The translations under genes were made by a program, and so were the position numbers. Below the pieces are notes generated by a model that saw only the letters and a program-made list of their open reading frames with translations, made no database searches and was not told the origin of the DNA. 37,403 nucleotides of DNA from a virus (lineage: Duplodnaviria > Caudoviricetes). Location of the stretch: IMG/VR virus record IMGVR_UViG_3300011339_000063, positions 1 through 37,403 of that record. One strand, 5' to 3'. This document shows, in pieces, positions 34,775 to 37,403 of this stretch; within the stretch, counting starts at the first letter, position 1; each line of letters starts with the position of its first letter.

Positions 34775-35061
34775 TACTTTACCTCCAGATGTCCGTTATC
34801 AAATAACCAGCCAATTGTTTTACGATGTGCATCTTCCCACATCTCAACTTTTTCTTCTCTGCTTAATTTTCCACTATCAATCATAAAATGATGATGATAA
34901 CAAAGGTATGCGATTCTATAATCGTTTGACTTCATGGACATTGATTTGCCATCCCTTGATTGATTTGAATGTGCAGCAACAACTGTTCCGTCACTTGATC
35001 CACATAATACACATGGAGCATCTCTAGCAAGATTAAGTATTTTTTTATTTCTGTAGTTCAT
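34774..35061 (-). CDS. DUF1364/YbcO-like HNH-fold protein
   Basis: AR..PCVLCG...TVVAAH....K..D...AYLC..HH motif. Confidence 0.75.
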   Translation of the reverse strand: MNYRNKKILNLARDAPCVLCGSSDGTVVAAHSNQSRDGKSMSMKSNDYRIAYLCYHHHFMIDSGKLSREEKVEMWEDAHRKTIGWLFDNGHLEVK

Positions 35062-35401
35062 TAAAATGAAATCCTAATCCAATTGCAAATCGTTGAATGT
35101 CATGAATGTATTCTGCAAACTGATCTACATTTAAAGACGTAGTACTCTTTATAGCATAGATTTCAGATCCTGCAACTGTTTTCTTTTCAGACAGATATTT
35201 AAAACGAAACATATCATGAAGTTCTAAATCTGAGTACCCAGTATAATCACTTAGCTCTTTAAGCATTGCCCAGTACAAATCGTTCTGAGAGTTAGAACGT
35301 TTGTTCTTAAATTTACCAAGTTCTAAATCACCATTTTTTTCAAAATCATGACGATGTATTTTTGCTACTGCTGACAATATGTTGTGTTTCGTTATCCTCA
35401 T
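35045..35401 (-). CDS. NinB/Orf-like recombination mediator
   Basis: RS..QN.LYWAM...STTSLNV.QF.EYI..I..FA motif. Confidence 0.75.
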   Translation of the reverse strand: MRITKHNILSAVAKIHRHDFEKNGDLELGKFKNKRSNSQNDLYWAMLKELSDYTGYSDLELHDMFRFKYLSEKKTVAGSEIYAIKSTTSLNVDQFAEYIHDIQRFAIGLGFHFNELQK

Positions 35402-35534
35402 ATTTTTTGCTCCAGTTACTAGATTTGTAAACCATTCCATTTTTTAATGTTACCTTCCATTCAGTAGGTGATAAAAGTTTTCCTTCTTCATCAATGTCAA
35501 AACATTTAAACCATTCAGTTGTTTTATAATTCAA
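35346..35534 (-). CDS. Hypothetical protein
   Basis: 62 aa, overlapping the helicase stop. Confidence 0.55.
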   Translation of the reverse strand: MNYKTTEWFKCFDIDEEGKLLSPTEWKVTLKNGMVYKSSNWSKKYEDNETQHIVSSSKNTSS

Positions 35535-36442
35535 ATTGGCTTGTCCCTATATCTTAATGATTTTGGTTGAAACCATAATGGTATAGATCCTTCCCATTCA
35601 AAATGCCTTTGTTTGTTCACAGCCATAAATCCATCTGGAACAATCCTTGCATCTTCCTCAGAAAGTTTACCTTCCATTAAGTCTTTTTCTTTTTTCTTAT
35701 TACGGTACACCGAAACGCAATTATCTGCAAGGTTAGTTATTGTCGCAGAACCTGCCACGTCAAACTTACTTGGTGTGTGTGTGGTTTCGTCTATTGTTTT
35801 TCTGCTGTGTGCGATAAGGTGAATGTGGACATTTAAATCTCGTGCAGCGATACAAAGTTGATCAACAAACTTCTTCTGGCCATTGTAATCGTCCTCATTA
35901 ATAGAGCACTTCATAAGACTATCCACTACAAAATGCTGTATACCTAATTGCTCAGCTCCGTAGTAGATAACAGATAATACTGCTGTAGGATTTGTGCTGC
36001 CTAACTGGTCGTACAAAAATAATTTCCCAGTTGAGTCTGTGCAAAATTTGGTGATCGCACTTTCTGTGGGCTCGCTAGTACCTACTGACTGGCGAATGTA
36101 TCTGGCCAATGTACTTCTGCAAGACATCTCAAAAGAACAAATCATGACCTTGTAGTTTTCAATCAGCTTAAGGGTCACATAGCTCAGTAACATGCTTTTA
36201 CCATGCCCGCTGTACCCCGACCAGATTGTAGTTTCACCTAAACGAAGTCTGAAATTTTCTGCTTTATCAAACGGTAGATACGCACCGCTTTGTATCTCGC
36301 CAGAGAAGTATCCAATAGTAGATTCAATAAAAATATCTGGACTTTTAATTTTACGGTATTCATCACTATCCCTTCTAAAAAAATAATTTTTAATTTTATC
36401 CTCATCAACAATGAGGCTCTGTACTTTATCTTCTAATGACAT
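35531..36442 (-). CDS. SF4 replicative helicase (DnaB / T7 gp4 / Twinkle-like)
   Basis: SGYSGHGKS (Walker A), SFEM, VVDSL, HLIAH.RK, GS..I..LADN and KQR motifs. Confidence 0.92.
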   Translation of the reverse strand: MSLEDKVQSLIVDEDKIKNYFFRRDSDEYRKIKSPDIFIESTIGYFSGEIQSGAYLPFDKAENFRLRLGETTIWSGYSGHGKSMLLSYVTLKLIENYKVMICSFEMSCRSTLARYIRQSVGTSEPTESAITKFCTDSTGKLFLYDQLGSTNPTAVLSVIYYGAEQLGIQHFVVDSLMKCSINEDDYNGQKKFVDQLCIAARDLNVHIHLIAHSRKTIDETTHTPSKFDVAGSATITNLADNCVSVYRNKKKEKDLMEGKLSEEDARIVPDGFMAVNKQRHFEWEGSIPLWFQPKSLRYRDKPI

Positions 36443-36843
36443 AAATCGTATGCCTTTCTTAATCTTTGTGATGCTACCATTAACCTATCGTGATCTTCTA
36501 GTGGTAGCTTTTTCCCATTAGCAATATCAATAGCCGCTAATGCCACAAGCAATGTTTCATTAGAGATAGATTTTAAAACAGAATACGGATTAAATGGTTT
36601 TGATACTGGCTTAAAATCACCAATACGCTGAGGAATAATATCATCAAAAGTTAATCCAATAGCACCAAGTATATCATTGGCTGCACATCCTGCAAAGCAA
36701 TTAATTAAAATTCTACCGTCTGGCAATTCTTTTACCCCTAGCGATGCTGTTCTATCGTCATGGGCTGGGCAGATACATTGGTATTCGTCTTTGCCAGATT
36801 TATAAGATTTTTCAAAGTGACCGATAAATTCATAAATATTCAT
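36433..36843 (-). CDS. Primase-type CHC2 zinc-finger protein
   Basis: CPAHDD..ASL.......CFAGC motif; no TOPRIM domain seen. Confidence 0.8.
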   Translation of the reverse strand: MNIYEFIGHFEKSYKSGKDEYQCICPAHDDRTASLGVKELPDGRILINCFAGCAANDILGAIGLTFDDIIPQRIGDFKPVSKPFNPYSVLKSISNETLLVALAAIDIANGKKLPLEDHDRLMVASQRLRKAYDLCH

Positions 36844-37232
36844 GCTATATCCTTTATAAAGGTTATCTTCTTATCTTCTATCTTCTCATATCCTATCTTT
36901 TCTTCTTCTCTCTTCTTCTCTCTAGCATACTCCGTATACTCACCGTATATAGAATTGGCTGAGTCGCTTTCAAACCAAGAGTTTAGAGTGATTAACATAT
37001 TCTGGACAAACTCTTTATCCTTATGCAATCTGAAGCATAGTTTTTTGAGATCTGGAAGTTCACCGTTCTTTTCAGAAGCCAAGCACCAAAGTTCAAAAAG
37101 TGTGGCCTTTTGATCTGAACTTAACTCGTGCCAGTCTGGGTCATTGATAATGTCCCTACCGTAAACCTTGAACCAAACCATAGATGTTTTGTTCTTAAAA
37201 TGTTGAAATTTACTCCAGTTCCTAACTTTCAT
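36840..37232 (-). CDS. Putative replication initiator (lambda O-like N-terminal helical domain)
   Basis: NW.KFQ...WFK.Y......W..L......L..LW.LAS motif and an REEK-type linker; upstream of the primase and helicase genes. Confidence 0.6.
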   Translation of the reverse strand: MKVRNWSKFQHFKNKTSMVWFKVYGRDIINDPDWHELSSDQKATLFELWCLASEKNGELPDLKKLCFRLHKDKEFVQNMLITLNSWFESDSANSIYGEYTEYAREKKREEEKIGYEKIEDKKITFIKDIA

Positions 37233-37403
37233 ATAACCCCCTTAAAATAAACATTCTTCATATTGTGTCATTTCTGGCACGACATTTGCTTTAGGAATAA
37301 CCTTTAACTTACAGTTAGGCCTGTTCTCAAGAAACAATAGTGCAGATGCCTTGATACTAAATGCTCTTAGCGGTTTTCCGTCAAACTCGTCTATAATGAT
37401 AAA
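37137..37403. repeat. Terminal direct repeat / circular overlap, right copy
   Basis: Matches 1-267 with 7 substitutions. Confidence 0.95.

Noticed and set aside
36760-37113. 117-aa Phe/Ser-rich plus-strand ORF
   Set aside because: Produced by the pyrimidine-rich complement of the REEK-coding tract in the initiator gene.
1-37403. Alternative genetic code, prophage att sites or tRNA genes
   Set aside because: Core genes are full length under the standard code and end in TAA, TAG or TGA. No integrase, host flank or tRNA-like fold was seen, though tRNAscan was not run.

Overview
The window is most likely a complete, circularly permuted, AT-rich tailed-phage genome of about 37.1 kb. Bases 1-267 recur at 37137-37403 with 7 mismatches. 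It has a lambdoid/P22-like layout but no recognisable integrase, repressor or DNA polymerase. Back-to-back sigma70 promoters at about 290-390 drive two arms. The short + strand early arm carries a putative annealing recombinase, YqaJ exonuclease, SSB-like protein, SleB-like hydrolase, glycosyltransferase-like protein, FkbM methyltransferase and DUF3310. The long - strand arm runs initiator-like protein, primase Zn-finger, helicase, Nin-like genes, Q-like regulator, a consensus late promoter with terminator, five tiny Lys-rich ORFs, TerS/TerL, portal, scaffold, capsid, podovirus-type tail and fibre genes, ejection proteins, lysis genes, and an LPD23/zincin protein. Highlights missed by the ORF track: (1) a self-contained antisense pqqA gene (PQQ precursor peptide, 2547-2618), pointing to a methylotroph (Methylophilaceae-like) host; (2) a coupled cassette of five highly basic microproteins at the head of the late transcript; (3) layered restriction-site avoidance, with GGCC absent over 14 kb and GATC absent over 4.9 kb of the structural module. 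All family assignments come from motif recognition by eye; no database search was run.
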